Positions 61,401 to 64,000 of a DNA stretch of 64,000 nucleotides are shown in pieces. The DNA lies in assembly GCA_019058365.1 (NCBI GenBank), contig JAHPZE010000002.1, forward strand, positions 224,001 to 288,000, read 5' to 3'. Each line of letters starts with the position of its first letter. The first letter of the stretch is position 1. Under the pieces are notes generated by a model. It made no database searches and was not told where the DNA came from. It saw nothing but the letters and a program-made list of their open reading frames with translations. The translations under genes were made by a program, and so were the position numbers. The stretch comes from Promethearchaeota archaeon. GTDB lineage: Archaea > Asgardarchaeota > Lokiarchaeia > Sigyniarchaeales > SOKP01.

Positions 61401-61945
61401 TTTAATCCAATTCCCTCCTCTAGAAACGAACATAATTCTGTTGGTTTCAAATTTTTAATTGCATCAATTTTTCCTTGACTTACAAAAGCAAAGTGATTAT
61501 CTGGATTAATTTTAAAATCAGAAATTAATTTTTGAATTTCTTGGACTGGAACTTTTTTAAATTCTCTATCTTCCTTTCTCTGAATTTTGAAGAAAGGAGA
61601 TTGTCCCCTAATTACATATCTTCTTATTTTAATTACTTTTTCGTCAATTTGAATATGAATTTCAACCATAGCATGATTTTGTCCATTCCTAATAAAGTTT
61701 GACCATTTCTTATATCGTTCATCTCTTTCATTACTACCCAAAGCAAATTTAATTGCTTGAAATATTGAGGTTTTTCCACTCCAATTTGGTCCTACTATAA
61801 TCACAAATTTAGATTTACCAAAATCCACTTCATCTTTCTGGAAAGATAAAAAATTTTCTAAAATGATTTTTCTAATAAAAATCCTTGAATTTTCTGTTAG
61901 AAATATTTCCTTTTTCTTCAAGTTAGAGTCTAATCGAGAAGCCAT
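58478..61945 (-). CDS. smc: SMC5/6-type SMC ATPase
   Basis: LENFLSF, GPNWSGKTS, FVSQG, coiled coils, hinge GPIIDYL..AIESVLG, LSGGQ, SPLCLLDEP.MFLDEKN, QLFMFLPK. Confidence 0.92.
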   Translation of the reverse strand: MASRLDSNLKKKEIFLTENSRIFIRKIILENFLSFQKDEVDFGKSKFVIIVGPNWSGKTSIFQAIKFALGSNERDERYKKWSNFIRNGQNHAMVEIHIQIDEKVIKIRRYVIRGQSPFFKIQRKEDREFKKVPVQEIQKLISDFKINPDNHFAFVSQGKIDAIKNLKPTELCSFLEEGIGLKDLREELLHQKSNVLNLNKDLQSLKSRKNTLNISLELLNPKLERLQLKNELLEIRNKFNDELLWANKDKLEKDIINIEEMIKNVVSVIESIRKKKDLSDKEIELLSNKISKQEQNINKLSEKVGELIYKKQELITKIQNWQKDKILAKQELDELSGKINELTRVITNFKKQLESLENEIKIVRRESKNSGLKIDNLIIEQNQLIKKIAQNKVLLDNYNHINIEKKERLVRIQENEKSIQASNNEINQLFQSFKDIEHKLEKNKWFLGNPTKNLLIQLDEELKRASLRIYEIDSEMNHLTLEKSKKLKKLQILQASLRERRVILPSNITILKDEIKKRGLKVKGPIIDYLKYEDELSYAIESVLGEKLLYSFVAEDWDTLNLLKRLKEKFGAYCNIYLPKNIDIRLMMKISANGVLGYLAELIKIIDDDIDIKKVIYSKVKNCLVVKDYHSGREIYNSLNFKGKCVTLKGEQIISYKYVYETPYLKRLKGLLSAGTQREQSEVLESDVKSLNNNISELKVEQAKIDTIQQDIFKKKESFNDLLYNFNQKQRITSKKNQLYDQMHELEKTNQFLKDEIKEFDQQIQDLKSQTDPEFFKWNDRIKEIPKELALLNEDKKKWDLKLSENSDIIEEVKDNLNKQILGKNLIQKEYETKKEAFQKADTTAFNTYRQLENIEEELEITKKKISNLKSEILLIQNKKSELERKSIQITLTFEQENIKLNSYNQDLYSKKSDLERINSEISPLILKEIIMIRPIEDIKGDISGIDKELLKYLDVDDSILIEKDQILASLKQISKNQKALENDVKSAIKTENKMEKTYYEKFSGLLENLQKRVNKKFQDSQVKSYCSLELTGNFEELGVNIKAATSKDQLKSFTALSGGQVSLISICLILSLQEIKPSPLCLLDEPGMFLDEKNSEVAYQLIKATLEQNPIQLFMFLPKSSNSLFLLAEKLIGIARVGKNEISSVFKPKIIKKK

Positions 61946-61966
61946 TTTTACCTCATTTAATATTAT

Positions 61967-63217
61967 TTATCTTCCAAAAGCTTGCTTTATTAGATCTACT
62001 CGCTTCTTAGCTTTTTCTAAATTAATCTGGGCTCTATTCGGAGAATCGTTTAAGATAAATGGATACTTTGCTAACATCTTCATATCATTATCTTCCAATG
62101 GCTCTTTTTTACTTAATTTATCAATAATAAGTATAAGTTCAGAATAGTTCTTAGAAGCAGCATTTTCATATAATTGATTTAACATAAATTCTGAAATGCC
62201 AGACTCCCGAATTCCATTAACAATATTATTAACATCCTCCGAGTTTTCAATTTTATTAACTTTTTGAATTGGGAATATTTCTCTGTCTCGATGGGATTCT
62301 GTATTTAGTTCTAAATTTGAATTTTTTTCTGAAATAAGCGGAATAGAATAAGGTATATATTCACCAGATTCAATTAAATCAATTAAAATGTCCGTTATTT
62401 CATTACTAGTCTCATTTAATTCCGAATTTAAAAAATGTTTGAATATTCCAACTTTCAATAATTGTTTAATGTCTTCTACTTCCCAATTTTCTGTGTAATT
62501 TACAATATCAGTTATATCAAACACGATCTTAGGATTTATTTCTAAAAAATCTTTTAAAACAGTTTCCCTCTCTATTTTATTTAGTAAAGGGACTTTTATA
62601 AAAAGATCAAATATATCATATAATTTGTTCGATATATTGTTAACTTCTTGAATATCATAATTTAACCATACTAGAATAATATTAGATTCAATAAAATTAA
62701 AATCAAATCCCTTATCTTGCCAAGCATTTAAAAAAACCTCTAATAAGTTTTTATCATCAAACTTCTGCTTTAGAATTGGATGTTGATTAATTAGTAATAA
62801 TCTTTTTTCCTCAATTTTATCTGGATCTCTACCATTTGCTCCAGTTTCATTTTCATTTTCTAATTTTTTACCAAAACCATTAAATATGGAAATAAAGCTT
62901 TTTAAAAATTTATTTGGAGCATTAGTGATTTCGATATCATTAAATTCAATTAAATTTAAGTAATAATTTTTAGATATTAATTTGATATAATCTAAAATAT
63001 CTGTTCCGGGATTAACATTAATTAAAACAGCTCCTTTGGGTGTTAGATAACCATTTAAAAGATTATCATGATGATTAGTTAATATTACTTTTAGATAATT
63101 TATAATATCATTATATTTATCCCGATAGAAAATATCCTCTTTATTAATCTTAATTTCTGAAGGTTTAATCATCTGAAAAAATCCTAAAAAATCCGGATTA
63201 TCGTTTAAATCTTTCAT
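61967..63217 (-). CDS. Degenerate (probably inactive) classic-clade AAA+ protein
   Basis: PKGAVLINVNPGTDI (degenerate Walker A), LLLINQ (degenerate Walker B), FDLFIKVPLLNKIERETVL..TENWEVEDIKQLL lid. Confidence 0.72.
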   Translation of the reverse strand: MKDLNDNPDFLGFFQMIKPSEIKINKEDIFYRDKYNDIINYLKVILTNHHDNLLNGYLTPKGAVLINVNPGTDILDYIKLISKNYYLNLIEFNDIEITNAPNKFLKSFISIFNGFGKKLENENETGANGRDPDKIEEKRLLLINQHPILKQKFDDKNLLEVFLNAWQDKGFDFNFIESNIILVWLNYDIQEVNNISNKLYDIFDLFIKVPLLNKIERETVLKDFLEINPKIVFDITDIVNYTENWEVEDIKQLLKVGIFKHFLNSELNETSNEITDILIDLIESGEYIPYSIPLISEKNSNLELNTESHRDREIFPIQKVNKIENSEDVNNIVNGIRESGISEFMLNQLYENAASKNYSELILIIDKLSKKEPLEDNDMKMLAKYPFILNDSPNRAQINLEKAKKRVDLIKQAFGR

Positions 63218-63487
63218 TGAAAATTTTCCTTTATTTCTTTTGTAATTTTATGAACATTATTTACATGACATTTAACACATTTATATTTAGCGATACTCCT
63301 AGTTAGCGATAACTAGATCCCCGACAAAAATCGTAAAATTTATAAAATCGTTTTTTGGAAGAGGAACTTTAATAAAAAATTTGAGAACAATTTTTAATAC
63401 AGATATAGGGACTAAAAAGCAAAAAGTTAAAGCGATTAAAAATTCAACGAACCTTCTATCGAATTTTGATGATTTATAAAAAAAATA

Positions 63488-63937
63488 TTAAATCCTACTT
63501 AAAATAAATCTTGGTAATTTACCTTCATTCACAAGAATTTTTATCAAATTAGGCACACTATTCCATTGTTGAATAGAGAGGTTATATTCTTCTTCTGTAA
63601 TATCTTTAAATTGTGCAGCACGATAAGTTAGCATTACTAAAGGAGTTGTCATAAGATGCTTTACTTTATTACAGGGGAAATCATCACATTGTGCACAACT
63701 TTCTAAACCCTTATCTCGTGCACAAGGTCGAGCTTTGCAATTCTTATCAGCAATTTTATCTCCTTTACTCTTGCATCCCTCACAAACAACATTCTCTGCT
63801 GTATAATTTTCATGACCTAGATATTTTCTCCATGTATCAACCATTTTTTGTCGAATATAAACATCATCTGATCGAGCTGCACATAAATAACAATTATAAC
63901 CACAATAACCAATCATGTTATCATCAGGCTTTATCAA
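63488..63937 (-). CDS. DUF3795 Cys-rich protein
   Basis: YCGYNCYLC, CEGC, C.ARPCA..KGLESCAQCDDFPC. Confidence 0.85.
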   Translation of the reverse strand: MIKPDDNMIGYCGYNCYLCAARSDDVYIRQKMVDTWRKYLGHENYTAENVVCEGCKSKGDKIADKNCKARPCARDKGLESCAQCDDFPCNKVKHLMTTPLVMLTYRAAQFKDITEEEYNLSIQQWNSVPNLIKILVNEGKLPRFILSRI

Positions 63938-64000
63938 AACTTAACACCTCATATATATGAATTAATCCTATTTTTTATACATAATCTCCTTGAGTGAGTA

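Noticed and set aside
57285-63217. Calling the SMC operon a Wadjet (jetABCD) or Rad50/Mre11 system
   Set aside because: No TOPRIM JetD or Mre11 nuclease is present, and the SMC has a globular hinge rather than a CxxC zinc hook
1-64000. CRISPR arrays, transposases, integrases, rRNA genes
   Set aside because: None recognised in the sequence or ORF track

Overview
AT-rich archaeal chromosomal window, most likely from an Asgard archaeon of the Lokiarchaeia type. The inference rests on TFB, Gar1, the eS19-PDCD5-eL39-eL31-aIF6-eL20-prefoldin-FtsY-SecE cluster, ArcS/RaSEA, a roadblock protein, a Ras-like GTPase and secreted beta-helix proteins ending in a Loki-CTERM-like tail. Housekeeping blocks alternate with small accessory insertions. 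Highlights: (1) a four-gene operon encoding a catalytically dead classic-clade AAA+ protein, an SMC5/6-type ATPase, a kleisin and an Nse1/Nse3-like kite protein; (2) a tRNA-Phe(GAA) gene that parses only if four BHB introns are removed, plus two more tRNAs with non-canonical introns; (3) a Thermotoga-type myo-inositol pathway (IolG/M/N/O) with an uncharacterised cupin and distant uxuB/uxuA; (4) a three-gene cassette bounded by a duplicated 3' end of an ArsA/Get3 gene; (5) an in-frame TAG at a conserved Trp in a MalY/PatB gene. All calls come from motif recognition by eye; no searches were run.
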